Below, in pieces: positions 1 through 10,200 of a stretch of DNA of 64,000 nucleotides (its first letter is position 1; every line of letters starts with the position of its first letter). Source of the stretch: a virus. Below the pieces are notes generated by a model that was not told the DNA's origin, made no database searches, and worked only from the letters and a program-made list of their open reading frames with translations. A program made the position numbers and the translations under genes. The stretch is taken from positions 1 to 64,000 of the IMG/VR virus record IMGVR_UViG_3300028596_000009. The stretch is one strand, 5' to 3'.

Positions 1-15
1 GGCGGGACGTGCGCC

Positions 16-72
16 GGGTGGCGGGTCTGTGGTGGCGGGTGCGGGTGATCCGGGTGCGGGCGCGGGTCGGGT
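16..72 (+). repeat. CGGG(T) low-complexity G-tract cluster (G-quadruplex-compatible)
   Basis: Multiple GGG runs separated by short loops; almost no A. Confidence 0.5.
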
Positions 73-262
73 TCGGCCGGTCGGCGTGGTCGTTGTTCCG
101 GGTGTGCGTGCCGGTGTGGGTGGCGCGTTATCAGGTTCGGGAGCGGGTGGCCCGGGTGTGGGTGGCGGTGTCGGTTCAGTTCCGGGCGTTCTTCGCCGTG
201 GAATTGGGTTGGGTCCGCCAGTAGTTTCAGGTCAGTTTTTCCTTCGGAAAGGGGAAAGATCG

Positions 263-523
263 ATGGGCGTTTCTCTGGCGAAAGCGTTGGAGCCGGTCCG
301 TTCGGCCCGGGTGTTCAGCGCGAATCCGCTGTATCGGTGGTTCACGGTTACGGAGTTCAGCAACACGACCGTGCGCATCACCCTGGGTCGGCGTGACGGT
401 ACGTACATCAGCCTTCCGGCGGTCCGGAACAACTGGGAGAACACGTTGTCCGACTGGACGCGTGCGGAGCACGCGGGCGGGACGTTCATCCTCTCGGAGA
501 TGCTGTACGACACCCGCGCCTGA
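263..523 (+). CDS. hypothetical protein
   Basis: RBS GAAAGGGG; ATG at 263. Confidence 0.7.
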   Translation: MGVSLAKALEPVRSARVFSANPLYRWFTVTEFSNTTVRITLGRRDGTYISLPAVRNNWENTLSDWTRAEHAGGTFILSEMLYDTRA

Positions 524-625
524 CTGAAAATCGATCCCGCCACTAAGGGGTTTGGGAGTCGGGACGATAGGTTTCTGGTCGGGCCCGGGACGTGTTTCCG
601 GGCCCGGGGATTGGAGGAAAGCGGC

Positions 626-1033
626 ATGGACGCGTTGCAGTACGCGGGGCACATGGACGGTTCGTCGCTTCACCGGGACATCTACGGGGTGTTCGGGCCG
701 CGCCGGGGTGTGGTCCGGTCGGCGGACGCCAACGGCGGCACGGAGATCTTCGGGACGTACACGCGGGTGTGGCTGCACAACGGCTACGGGATTCTTGTGC
801 TCGCTGCCGAGTACCCGGACGGCGAGCCGACGGGGTGGCTGACCCTGTTCCCGATCAAGCACGTGGGACCGGGGCGCGCGGAAGACATGTTCCGGATCAT
901 CGGTACCGACTGGGAGCCGCTGGGGTTCGGGACGCGGGCGACGGGCCGGACGGACGCGGACGTGGGCGACGGGATCGACCTGTTGGCGGCGCTGTCGGAG
1001 CTGGACGGGCACTCGATGGCGGGTGTCGTGTGA
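626..1033 (+). CDS. hypothetical protein
   Basis: RBS GGAGG. Confidence 0.75.
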   Translation: MDALQYAGHMDGSSLHRDIYGVFGPRRGVVRSADANGGTEIFGTYTRVWLHNGYGILVLAAEYPDGEPTGWLTLFPIKHVGPGRAEDMFRIIGTDWEPLGFGTRATGRTDADVGDGIDLLAALSELDGHSMAGVV

Positions 1034-1377
1034 AGCCGGTGGAGGTGGCGCGGCAGGCGGCGGGGATCCTCTCCAGTCTGGGCGTGGCCGTGACCGTGGA
1101 ACGTGTGCCGGGCATGCCGAATTACCAGACTCTGGCGTGGCTGGGCAACGGGTTCGGGGTGTCGCTGGTCGTGTGGCCGGTGGACCCGTTCCCGGAGCTG
1201 CGGATCACACGGCGGGGTGTGGGGTGCGACTGGGCACCGCCGCGACCGGTGCGGGTCGGCATGCGCGGCATGGGCAAGGGGTCGGACGGTCACGGGATCA
1301 TCCGGGACGTGACGCCTGCCGAGGTTGCGGCGGTACTGGCCACGCTGAACGAGTGGCGGGCGGACGGCGGCGCGTGA
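1030..1377 (+). CDS. hypothetical protein
   Basis: GTGA overlap with upstream stop. Confidence 0.7.
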   Translation: MKPVEVARQAAGILSSLGVAVTVERVPGMPNYQTLAWLGNGFGVSLVVWPVDPFPELRITRRGVGCDWAPPRPVRVGMRGMGKGSDGHGIIRDVTPAEVAAVLATLNEWRADGGA

Positions 1378-1409
1378 GCGTCACTTATCGATTCTGGGAG
1401 GGATGGGCA

Positions 1410-1592
1410 ATGGAGCACATCACGCACGACGTGACGTCGGTGTGGCACGTGTTCGCGGGCGGTGAGTGGCTGGCCACGGAGTACGGCGGCTACGCCCCGG
1501 TGAATGTGTGGGTCGGTGAGCGGCTGGTTCCGGTGGAACGGCGGCACATGGCCTCGTCGGTATCGGCGGCCTGCGGCGTCTGCAACAAGTGA
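1410..1592 (+). CDS. hypothetical protein (C-terminal CxxC)
   Basis: RBS GGAGG after TTATC element. Confidence 0.65.
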   Translation: MEHITHDVTSVWHVFAGGEWLATEYGGYAPVNVWVGERLVPVERRHMASSVSAACGVCNK

Positions 1593-1689
1593 ATCCCGGT
1601 GGGGTTTCCGGCATGCGCGGATCACGGGGGTGCCGTGCGTGTCGGAAGTCCTATCGGATCCGGTGGGACCAGGAAAAGGGAGAAAGACA

Positions 1690-2052
1690 ATGCGGAAGAT
1701 CATGATGGCGCTCGGGCTGGTCGTCGCGGTGCTCATGGGCATGGGGACGGCGTCGGCGGCGGTGCGGCCGGGACCGGTCGCGAAGATCACCAAGCCGGTG
1801 ATGCGTCCGGTGGTGGTGCGGGTGTTCCACCCGTGCGACTTCAACCACAACACGGTCATCGGCGACGCGACGGAGCGTCTGTGCATGCGGGTCTGGGCCC
1901 ACGACGCGTACAGCGTGGACGGCTCGGAGACGCCCGCCGGTCCGGTGGTCGTGGTCGGGCTGATCGATGAGGCGCGGGTGGAGGGTGCCGGGGTCGCGTA
2001 CGTCCGTGAGGGGCTGCGCAACGAGGAGGCGAACTACAAGCTGCGTGACTGA
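1690..2052 (+). CDS. putative secreted protein
   Basis: Sec-type signal MRKIMMALGLVVAVLMGMGTASA-A; RBS. Confidence 0.7.
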   Translation: MRKIMMALGLVVAVLMGMGTASAAVRPGPVAKITKPVMRPVVVRVFHPCDFNHNTVIGDATERLCMRVWAHDAYSVDGSETPAGPVVVVGLIDEARVEGAGVAYVREGLRNEEANYKLRD

Positions 2053-2158
2053 TCGCGGCGTGGTCGTGTGACCACTCGGAGCGGCCGGGAATTGCGCGCC
2101 CGGCCGTTGCGACGGCATCACACGGTGACTTATCGAGTGCGGGACGAAAGGGAGAGGC

Positions 2159-2389
2159 ATGGACACCAGGACGACGGTCGGACGCTGGGAGTCGGACGGC
2201 GGGAAGTACTGGGTGGAGCTGTACCGGGACCGGTGGGGTTACGGCTACGACGCCAAGGGGAGCGGCGGGTTCATCGGCAAGCACGAGAACGTGAGCGAGT
2301 CGGACGCGGTCGACTACATCACGGCGCGGACGGCGGGCGGTGTCGGGTACTTCCACTCAGGCAAGCGGCCCATGCTCCGCACGGTCTGA
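2159..2389 (+). CDS. hypothetical protein
   Basis: RBS GAAAGGGAG. Confidence 0.75.
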   Translation: MDTRTTVGRWESDGGKYWVELYRDRWGYGYDAKGSGGFIGKHENVSESDAVDYITARTAGGVGYFHSGKRPMLRTV

Positions 2390-2432
2390 ACCTGCGGCAC
2401 GTACGTCAGTCATTTCGGAAAGGGGAGAGTTC

Positions 2433-2927
2433 ATGAGGGTTCTGGCAGTGGAGAGCGTGTCCGGTGTGCCGATCAATGCGGTACTGAACCGGGACAGCGG
2501 GCGGGTCATGTTCTACGACGCCCGCCACACGGGGGACGCGCCGTCCGGGTCGCGGCGGCAGGATCTGCGGACGCCGGAGGGGCACTTCATCGCGGAGTAC
2601 TCGACCGGCGACTACCTGATCGCCCCGACGACCGTGCTCTACGGGAACGACTACGACCGCAAGCTGACATCGGAATCCATGGACGCCGTGGTCAAGTGGC
2701 TCCGGTGTGCCCGTACCGGGAAGTACTCCACGGCCCGGGAGAACGGTATGGCGTTCATCGCGAACCGGTGGACGTACGCGGGTGACCAGGGGTACCGGGT
2801 GGTGCCGGACGGGACGCTGTGGCGGGTGGACTCGTACGCGCACACGGACTTGCGTCCGACGTCGATCGGCAGGCTGACGGAGGACGACGCGCACGACGCG
2901 GCATGGCGTCTCGCGTACGGGAAGTGA
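2433..2927 (+). CDS. hypothetical protein
   Basis: RBS GAAAGGGGAG. Confidence 0.75.
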   Translation: MRVLAVESVSGVPINAVLNRDSGRVMFYDARHTGDAPSGSRRQDLRTPEGHFIAEYSTGDYLIAPTTVLYGNDYDRKLTSESMDAVVKWLRCARTGKYSTARENGMAFIANRWTYAGDQGYRVVPDGTLWRVDSYAHTDLRPTSIGRLTEDDAHDAAWRLAYGK

Positions 2928-3015
2928 ATCGGTCGGCACATCGGGCGGGCAGGGGCGTGATCGTCCCTGCCGGTCCGTGTCCTTATCGATTCTGGGAAAG
3001 GGGAGAGGCAGAGAG

Positions 3016-3525
3016 ATGAACAAGATCAAGTTTGTGTCCGCGTACGACGCCGGGCATGTGCAGATGGGCGGTCACTGGCTGCGGGAGGGTGCCGCGCCGG
3101 TGATGAACAACACGCTGGACGCGTTGATGTCCCATGACCACGTGATCCTGGTCAACGCCGACGGGACCGTGACGGACAACCCGGACGGGGTGTGGGCGCC
3201 GGAGCTGAACGTCTGCGTGAACTGGGAGGGTCAGGAGGACCCGGGGACGGACGCCGACCTGATCGCGACAGCCAAGAGCGCGGGGTGGGACATCGCCTCG
3301 GGCTGGACGGGTCAGTACGGCTACTCCGGGATCGCCATGCACACGGACGAGCGGGTGGGCGGCGGTCTCGCGGAGCACGTGATCGAGACGCCCGGTTACT
3401 GGGTGGTGACGTCCCCCTCCGTGTTGCCGGGGCACTGCGTGGGGGCGGACGACGACTGCGACGAGTGCCGGATCCTGATGGAGCGCGGCGCGGACTACTG
3501 GCTGATCATGCACAAGGAGGCGTGA
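3016..3525 (+). CDS. hypothetical protein (acidic)
   Basis: RBS after TTATC element. Confidence 0.8.
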   Translation: MNKIKFVSAYDAGHVQMGGHWLREGAAPVMNNTLDALMSHDHVILVNADGTVTDNPDGVWAPELNVCVNWEGQEDPGTDADLIATAKSAGWDIASGWTGQYGYSGIAMHTDERVGGGLAEHVIETPGYWVVTSPSVLPGHCVGADDDCDECRILMERGADYWLIMHKEA

Positions 3526-3528
3526 GGG

Positions 3529-3882
3529 ATGAGCAACAACTACGCGATCACGGACGCGATGCTGGCCCGCCCGGTGGTGGACGCGGACGACGTGGACCGC
3601 TTCCCGGAGATCCTGGGGAAGTACGAGGAGGGGGACCGGGTCCCGGATCACTTCGGTTCGGTGGGCGCGTTCGTCGCGTTCATGTGGTCCATGGACTCCG
3701 CCCAGGACGAGGACTGCGGGGCGGCGACGGACGCCGGGGCGAGCTGGTACGGCGTGTTCTGGTCGGATCACGTGATCCTGCGGTGCGAGGGGACGGGGCC
3801 CATCTCCGCGTGGCGGGTCGGCCCGGACTACATCGAAGCGGCGTGGGCGAAGATCCAGGACGGTGCGGTCCACCTGGTGTGA
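3529..3882 (+). CDS. hypothetical acidic protein
   Basis: RBS AAGGAGG; D/E-rich. Confidence 0.8.
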   Translation: MSNNYAITDAMLARPVVDADDVDRFPEILGKYEEGDRVPDHFGSVGAFVAFMWSMDSAQDEDCGAATDAGASWYGVFWSDHVILRCEGTGPISAWRVGPDYIEAAWAKIQDGAVHLV

Positions 3883-3966
3883 CCTGGTGGGGGTTCGGTG
3901 GCGTGCGTTGGGGGGACGTGCGCTCGCCGTGGCCTTATCGAGTCCGGGAAATGGGAGGAAGACGGA

Positions 3967-4365
3967 ATGACGGAACTGGCGAGCAACGGGACGCCCATGG
4001 ACGTGCTGACGGAAGAGGACTGGGAGACGCCCTACGGGCTGGGCAAGTTCGACAGCATCGCGCAGGAAAAGCTGTACGTGTGGTCCCTGGACGGTGGCCA
4101 CAAGGACGAGACGGGCGGCGGGGAGTTCCCGTGGTCGTGCCTGTTCGTGCAGCCGGAGCGGGAGGCGGACCGGGTTCCGGCGCTGCGGGCCGGGGTGATC
4201 CTCACGGTGTCGACGGGTGGGGGCGTGTCCTCGGCGCGGTACGACACGGCGGAGGAACTGGCCGTCGCGTGGAAGGACCACGAGGACACCTACGCGCAGT
4301 GGTTGCACTCCGAGTGCGAGGACGGCGTCGAGTGCGACGGCTGTAACGCGTGTGAGAACGCCTGA
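3967..4365 (+). CDS. hypothetical acidic protein, C-terminal Cys cluster
   Basis: RBS GGAGG. Confidence 0.8.
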   Translation: MTELASNGTPMDVLTEEDWETPYGLGKFDSIAQEKLYVWSLDGGHKDETGGGEFPWSCLFVQPEREADRVPALRAGVILTVSTGGGVSSARYDTAEELAVAWKDHEDTYAQWLHSECEDGVECDGCNACENA

Positions 4366-4446
4366 TTCGGTCGGGTTGACGGCGGCGCATGTCGTGAGGC
4401 GTGCGCGCGCCGTGTCCTTATCGAGTCTGGGAAAGGGGACAGGGAC

Positions 4447-4905
4447 ATGCATGTCGAATACATCGGGGTCAACGATCGTCAGGTCGGGACGGGGACGCTG
4501 CACAAGGTGCACGCGCACTGGGAGTCGACAAAGACGGAGAAGGGGGAGGTCAAGCGGGCCGCGTCGGCGGCGGTGCGCAAGGTGGTCGGCAAGGGCGGGA
4601 GCGTCACGTTCTCGTCGTGGACGGTCGGTAACTACAACGCTCCGCGCATGGACGCGGCGATCCTGGTCCGTGTGCTGACGGACGCGCAGGTGGCGGCGCG
4701 CAAGGAACTCAAGTCGCTTCGGTTCACGGAGTGCGAGGGGCCGGGGGCCGACGGCAAGGGGTGCGGGAAGTTCCCCGGGCAGGTGGTCCGGATGACCGAC
4801 GGCACGGAGCAGCCGCTGTGTTTCGACTGCTGGAACCCGATGCGGGGGACCGGGGTCAAGGTCATGCACTACATCCAGCGTGACGGCCGGGTGCAGATCA
4901 ACTGA
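4447..4905 (+). CDS. hypothetical Zn-finger protein
   Basis: C-terminal Cys motifs; RBS. Confidence 0.75.
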   Translation: MHVEYIGVNDRQVGTGTLHKVHAHWESTKTEKGEVKRAASAAVRKVVGKGGSVTFSSWTVGNYNAPRMDAAILVRVLTDAQVAARKELKSLRFTECEGPGADGKGCGKFPGQVVRMTDGTEQPLCFDCWNPMRGTGVKVMHYIQRDGRVQIN

Positions 4906-4995
4906 GCGGGTCGGGTTCGTGGCGGCACGCATCGCACGGTGTGTGCGCGCCATGTCCTTATCGGCTGTGGAACCAACAAGGAAAGAGGTACGGAC

Positions 4996-5202
4996 ATGAA
5001 CGCGCGCGAAGAGCTGGTGGCGGCGGAGATCGCTTTCGACGAACTGACGGAGGGTGGCCGGAGCCTGGTGACGGCGGCGAGCGACCCGCAGGTGGCCTTC
5101 TGCGACGGGACGGTCACCAGGACGTGGGCGGAGGCGGCGGCGCACGCGAACCACCTGGTGGAGGTAACCCGGGAGCAGATCGCCAAGAACGAGTCCCGCT
5201 GA
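4996..5202 (+). CDS. hypothetical protein
   Basis: RBS AAGGAAAGAGG. Confidence 0.7.
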   Translation: MNAREELVAAEIAFDELTEGGRSLVTAASDPQVAFCDGTVTRTWAEAAAHANHLVEVTREQIAKNESR

Positions 5203-5238
5203 ACCTGATCTATCGGCAACGGAACCAAGGAGAGAGAC

Positions 5239-5610
5239 ATGGGCAAGCGTGTGGAGTCGGGCCGGGACGGTGTCCTGGTGGGCGGGAGCCTGGCGCAGAA
5301 CAACGTCTACATCTGGGTGATGAGCGACGAGCCGGTGTTGACCCGGATCCGCCGGATCATGGCGGGTGAGGACAGCTACCGGGGTGATCTGTCGGATCGG
5401 GAGGCGCGAGTTCTGGCGTTCGTCCACCACATCCTGTACGCGGACGACGGATCGGCGTACCGGGCGACGTGGCGGGCGTTCTACGGGGAGCCGGTATCGG
5501 GCTTCGACCCGAACATGCCGCGCAACATCCGTACGGACTTCACGCGTACGGACTTCGACCTGATCGACTGGGCGCGTCTGTGCCGCGACTTGGTGGAGGA
5601 CGGCAAGTGA
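5239..5610 (+). CDS. hypothetical protein (paralog of next gene)
   Basis: C-terminal FTRTDFDLIDWA. Confidence 0.8.
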   Translation: MGKRVESGRDGVLVGGSLAQNNVYIWVMSDEPVLTRIRRIMAGEDSYRGDLSDREARVLAFVHHILYADDGSAYRATWRAFYGEPVSGFDPNMPRNIRTDFTRTDFDLIDWARLCRDLVEDGK

Positions 5611-5939
5611 GCGACTTCGGGACCCTGGAGCACAGCATTCGGGCGTGGCTGGAAAACGACTACCCGCTCTATCGCGAGGTGCAGCGGATCGCGGCCCGGG
5701 ACAACCGGCATCACGTGCGGACGCGGGATGTCCAGCGGCTGGTGACGAGCATCCTGTACGGGCTCAACGGGATGTCGGACCTTCGGCACCTGTACCGCAA
5801 GGCGGCGGAGGAGAAGAACCGGGAGCCCCGTTCTCCGGACTGGGCGGCGCTGGGCAAGTTCCGTGACAGCTTCACGCGTACGGAATTCGACCACATCGAC
5901 TGGGCGCCGCTGACGTACGACCTGATGGAAGGGATGTAG
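5607..5939 (+). CDS. hypothetical protein (paralog of previous gene)
   Basis: GTGA overlap; C-terminal FTRTEFDHIDWA. Confidence 0.8.
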   Translation: MSDFGTLEHSIRAWLENDYPLYREVQRIAARDNRHHVRTRDVQRLVTSILYGLNGMSDLRHLYRKAAEEKNREPRSPDWAALGKFRDSFTRTEFDHIDWAPLTYDLMEGM

Positions 5940-6020
5940 CGGGCCCGACCGGGTTTCGGGAGGCCCCGGGTGACCGGGGTTTCCAGTGGCCTTATCGGTT
6001 CTGGAACAGGGAGAAAGATC

Positions 6021-6533
6021 ATGGGAAAGACGATGAACATCAACGGGCACACGGTGACGGCGACGGGCACGACCGCCAAGGGACTGCCGGGTAACCCGGC
6101 CCTGTACCGGTGCGAGGGGTGCGGGGAGACGGTGGCCGCGCCGTCGTTCGAGAACGGCCCGTACGGGTGCCCGGGTGACCCGGCGTCCACCGTCCTCCAG
6201 GTGTGCCCGGGCGGGGAGCGGTGCGAGGGACACAGGGACACGGACTCGGCGGAGTACCGGGCGTGGAAGGAGATCGCTTCGGTGTCGGAGGACACCATTC
6301 CGACCTACCGGCACGGGGACCCGGCGGACCGTAAAACGGGGCTGGCGTACCGGGCGGCGTCGGCGTACATCGCGTGGGCGGACGGCGTGGGCATGCGGTT
6401 CTCCGTGTGGGCGCAGGAGGGGTTCAAGGTCGGCCCGGACGGCGGGAAGGTCGCGGAGATGACGTTCCGGGGCGAGTCGTGGGCGGTGTGGGTGGACCAC
6501 TTCGGGCACATCACCGCGCGGCGGGACAACTGA
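6021..6533 (+). CDS. hypothetical protein
   Basis: RBS AGGGAG. Confidence 0.75.
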   Translation: MGKTMNINGHTVTATGTTAKGLPGNPALYRCEGCGETVAAPSFENGPYGCPGDPASTVLQVCPGGERCEGHRDTDSAEYRAWKEIASVSEDTIPTYRHGDPADRKTGLAYRAASAYIAWADGVGMRFSVWAQEGFKVGPDGGKVAEMTFRGESWAVWVDHFGHITARRDN

Positions 6534-6617
6534 CACCGGTAGGGGTCGGGGAGGGTGCGGGGCCATGTGCTCCGTAGCTTCCTCTGTCCTTATCAGTCTC
6601 GGGAAGGAGATGGACGA

Positions 6618-7016
6618 ATGAGCGGTTACCCGAAGGCGCGTTGGTCGGTCGGCAAGGACACCGTGGGTGCGTCCGTGTGGACACGGAAGCTGGAGGACCG
6701 GGCCGGAGAGGGTGGCGGGTACTTCCGCTACACGTGGGCGCGCGGAACGGGGCTGGTCGTGGTGGAGGAGCTGGTCTCGGCGGCCGGTCGGGAGCGGCGT
6801 CAGTTCCCGTACGGGGAGAAGAGCGCGTACGTGATGGTTTCCACGTTCCACGTGCCGACGGAGGTCCGGGGAGCGGACGGGCGGAGTCAGGAACTCGCAG
6901 TGGCGAAGCTGATCCACGCCGCCGTGATGGAGCGCTTCGGTCCGGTCGCGGAGTGGATCGGCTACGACAACGGCGGTCGCGCGGTGTGGTTTCACGCGCA
7001 GGTGACCGGCGCCTAG
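6618..7016 (+). CDS. hypothetical protein
   Basis: RBS AAGGAG. Confidence 0.75.
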   Translation: MSGYPKARWSVGKDTVGASVWTRKLEDRAGEGGGYFRYTWARGTGLVVVEELVSAAGRERRQFPYGEKSAYVMVSTFHVPTEVRGADGRSQELAVAKLIHAAVMERFGPVAEWIGYDNGGRAVWFHAQVTGA

Positions 7017-7060
7017 GGGCTCGTCGAGCCTTATCGATTTCGGGAAAAGGAGAAGGACGA

Positions 7061-7333
7061 ATGAGCGGTGCGTACTACACGGACGACATGCCCCCGCTGA
7101 TCGGGGAGGTCGTCAAGGTGCCGGACGGCGAGGGCGGGCAGTACGGGCGGTGTCGCCTGGGGTACTTCAACGGCAACCCGGACGCCGGGCACTTCGAGGT
7201 GGAGATGCCGGGCGGCGCGGTGCGCCTGGTGCCGTGGGCGGACACCCACAAGCCGTGGCCGGTGCCCTCGGGGCTGGACATCCCGTCCCGGCTCACGCCC
7301 TACACGCCGAAGTACGGGAAGCGGAGGGTCTGA
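7061..7333 (+). CDS. hypothetical protein
   Basis: RBS AAGGAG. Confidence 0.75.
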   Translation: MSGAYYTDDMPPLIGEVVKVPDGEGGQYGRCRLGYFNGNPDAGHFEVEMPGGAVRLVPWADTHKPWPVPSGLDIPSRLTPYTPKYGKRRV

Positions 7334-7335
7334 TC

Positions 7336-7722
7336 ATGGCGGATCGAGCGGTGTTCGTGGAACACGACGGGTACACGGTGGACGCTCACCGGACCTGCGG
7401 GGCGGAGACCTGCGTCAAGGAGGTGATGATCAAGCTGGGTGTGCCGGTTCTCGCGGCGGTGGAGCTGGAGGCCGGGAACCGGAAGTCGTACACGTTCAAG
7501 GACGGCGGCGACCTCGGGAACGTGGTCATCACGACCGGGGACCCCGGGGAGCCCAGCGGCGACGCGTACTGCGTGTGGTGCGGTGACTTCCTGGAGCACG
7601 GCACGGACTGCAAGCACACGGACAAGGGGACAGAGCTGGCGCCGCTGGCGTCCGGCGTCCTGAACCCGTACCCGGGGCGCATGAACCACAGCGACTATCC
7701 GGGCCGGTACAGCAAGCCGTGA
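7336..7722 (+). CDS. hypothetical protein (CxxC...H..C)
   Basis: RBS GGAGG. Confidence 0.75.
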   Translation: MADRAVFVEHDGYTVDAHRTCGAETCVKEVMIKLGVPVLAAVELEAGNRKSYTFKDGGDLGNVVITTGDPGEPSGDAYCVWCGDFLEHGTDCKHTDKGTELAPLASGVLNPYPGRMNHSDYPGRYSKP

Positions 7723-7808
7723 CGGCGTCGGTCGGTGTGCGGGCGGGTTCCGGGAGTCCTCGGAGCCCGTCCGGATCCTTATCGACACTGGGAAATGGAG
7801 GAAGACGC

Positions 7809-8003
7809 ATGGAGCTGGGACACCTGCCGGAGCTGCGGGCGAAGTTCGAGAAGTTCGCGGAGGCGGCGCGGGAGCTGGACTACGCGATCCAGGTGTACCG
7901 GATGCACTCGATCTGCCCGCTGGACGAAGCGACGGTGCAGAACATCACGCTCGCCCGGCACACGGCGGACAACGTCATGCGGAACATGGAGGAGGGCAAG
8001 TGA
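7809..8003 (+). CDS. hypothetical protein
   Basis: RBS GGAGG. Confidence 0.7.
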   Translation: MELGHLPELRAKFEKFAEAARELDYAIQVYRMHSICPLDEATVQNITLARHTADNVMRNMEEGK

Positions 8004-8281
8004 GCGAGACCAGCGAGGATGACGGTATCGACGTGAACTGCCTGGAGGTCGGTGACGTCGTCGGCCGGACCTGGGACCGGGACACTCGCGAGGAGGACTC
8101 GTGTCACTGCGACTTCCGGGCGATCGTGGCGTGGGTGGATGCCCGGCCGATGGCGGAGGGCAGGCGCACGGTGGAGGTGATCTCTCACGACCTGATGGCG
8201 GGGGACATCATCCGGGGCAAGGAGGACAACCCGGTCTCGGGTGACTGCCACTGCGACTACATTTTCACCGTGGAACGCTGA
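8000..8281 (+). CDS. hypothetical protein with internal repeat (CHCD twice)
   Basis: GTGA overlap. Confidence 0.7.
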   Translation: MSETSEDDGIDVNCLEVGDVVGRTWDRDTREEDSCHCDFRAIVAWVDARPMAEGRRTVEVISHDLMAGDIIRGKEDNPVSGDCHCDYIFTVER

Positions 8282-8372
8282 CGGTTTCCGTCGCGGGTCG
8301 GGGTGCAGTCGGGTTCCGGTGTCTGCCGGAATCCGGCCGGATCCTTATCGGTTTCGGGAAAGGTGAAACGAA

Positions 8373-8792
8373 GTGCTGGACAACTGGGTGATCACGGACG
8401 CTGACCCGGTGTGGGACTTCCGCGTGGAGATCAGGTACGACGCGGAGGCCGGACGGCCGGAGAACAACGGCGACGTGTACGACGCCGACATGATGCTGAG
8501 GAAGAGCGGCGAGGAGGCCGCGCGGTGGGCCCGGGACGCGGTGAAGGCGTGGGAACGGGACGAATGGTGTTTCGCCGTCATCACCGTGACGCCGGTGCGC
8601 AAGGATTCCGGGGTGGTGTTCGCGGGTTCCGCCGACTCGCTCGGCGGGTGCGACTACGGATGGCTTCCGGGCGACGTGGACGACAAGCCGACGAACACGG
8701 CCGATCACGCGTACATGCGTACGGCGTGAGTCGACGACATGATCGACATCGCTCGGGACAGCGCCACGGAAGTACTCGGGAAGATGGCCTGA
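8373..8792 (+). pseudogene. hypothetical protein with probable premature TGA at 8727
   Basis: Frame continues after the TGA with VDDMIDIARDSATEVLGKMA to a TGA ending at 8792. Confidence 0.5.
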
Positions 8793-8854
8793 AACCTGGT
8801 ATCCGTTCCGGTAGAAACCGGTAAGGATTCAGGTTCGAAAAGAGGATGGGAAGC

Positions 8855-9295
8855 ATGGAGTTCTGGCACACGCACTACGACCCGTACGGGCCTCCGCGCA
8901 AGGTGGCGGGAACGCTGCTGGACTGCGACCAGTGGATGTCGCACGACGTATCGCGCTCGGGAATCCACGCGGACTACCCGTACGCGCCCGAGCTGGTTCC
9001 GTCCAAGTCGACGGGAATGGACCCGGCGGCCGAACGCAGCCTGATGGAGCACATCACCGCCACGACGGACATGTCCCGGCCGCTGGGCATCACGGACGTG
9101 AGCGGGCCGCAGGACGACGACGGCAACGGGCGGGGAGCCCTGCGTTATCTGGTCCGGGTGTCCGCACGGACCCCGCACGGCGCCTGGGGAGTCATCACCT
9201 TCGGTCTGTACGACACGGGCTGGAACCGTGTGCCGGAGAACCCGCACCCCGGTTATCCGCACTGGTCCTCGTTCTGCGAGAACTGCGGCCACTGA
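8855..9295 (+). CDS. hypothetical protein
   Basis: RBS; C-terminal CxxC. Confidence 0.75.
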   Translation: MEFWHTHYDPYGPPRKVAGTLLDCDQWMSHDVSRSGIHADYPYAPELVPSKSTGMDPAAERSLMEHITATTDMSRPLGITDVSGPQDDDGNGRGALRYLVRVSARTPHGAWGVITFGLYDTGWNRVPENPHPGYPHWSSFCENCGH

Positions 9296-9327
9296 TCTAT
9301 CCGTTCTGGAACAAGGAGAAAGACACC

Positions 9328-9681
9328 ATGAGCACCTTCAAGTACTTCAAGCCTGCTGAGCTGATGCAGTACGGCGCCGGTGCCCGGGACTTCGAAACGG
9401 TGATCGGCCGCAAGGGCGCGGACGCCGAGCGGGTCGGGCTGAACAACGCCGCCAGGATCACCCGCACGCGGGAAGGGTTCGCCCGCAAGCCGGAGCAGAC
9501 GTGGAACGCCCGTTACGGCATGGGGCTGTACGGCAAGACGATCGACGGCGTCGAGTGGACGCAGGGCGCGCACCCGGACGCCGAGGACGGCATGGTGACG
9601 GTCCGGTTCGACGACGGGACGCAGGAGTACATCAGCCGGAAGGATCTGCTGTGCGTGGAGTTCGTCGAGATCGGTAAGTGA
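9328..9681 (+). CDS. hypothetical protein
   Basis: RBS AAGGAG. Confidence 0.8.
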   Translation: MSTFKYFKPAELMQYGAGARDFETVIGRKGADAERVGLNNAARITRTREGFARKPEQTWNARYGMGLYGKTIDGVEWTQGAHPDAEDGMVTVRFDDGTQEYISRKDLLCVEFVEIGK

Positions 9682-9778
9682 CGGGCCGGTCTTCGCGGCT
9701 TATCCGGTCTGGGTGCCGGGTCGGATGAGCCGAGTGGACTTACCCGCTGGGTGAGTACTGGAAAGGGAGGAAGGCGTC

Positions 9779-10183
9779 ATGGAGTTTTCCGAGTACGTGC
9801 GGGACATGGACGGCCGTACGGGCGCGGTGGTCACTACGTTCCCGGAGCAGGGCAAGTTCCACGTGGACTGGTTCGACGGTTCCCAGTCGACGGAGAGCCT
9901 GGCCGACGAGCGTCAGGAGAACGACGACCGCGACTGGTGGTGGGTCCGGCTGCTGGACCGGGCGACGGCGACCAGGTGCCGGGACGCGGTCCGGGCGTGG
10001 ACCGGGGACAACGCGGCGACGCTGCACGAGCCGGGGTTCCACGCCGACGGGTGGACGATCGCCCTGGAGAGCGGGCCGGAGGACTGGACCATCAAGATCT
10101 CGGAGCCGGGAGTCGCCCAGTGGCCTGCCGGGGTGGCTGTGGAGCCGCTGAACCATTGGGCCCTGTCCGTGTTCGTCGACTGA
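9779..10183 (+). CDS. hypothetical protein
   Basis: RBS GGAGG. Confidence 0.8.
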   Translation: MEFSEYVRDMDGRTGAVVTTFPEQGKFHVDWFDGSQSTESLADERQENDDRDWWWVRLLDRATATRCRDAVRAWTGDNAATLHEPGFHADGWTIALESGPEDWTIKISEPGVAQWPAGVAVEPLNHWALSVFVD

Positions 10184-10200
10184 CCGAAGGAGTTCGGGAC

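Noticed and set aside
2983-5430. 815-aa minus-strand ORF (also 5481-6995, 31394-33262, 40396-41850, 60500-61966)
   Set aside because: Antisense shadows of RBS-bearing + strand genes in high-GC DNA, with Arg/Pro/His-rich nonsense composition.
8727-8729. Selenocysteine recoding
   Set aside because: No recognisable SECIS hairpin or redox motif context.
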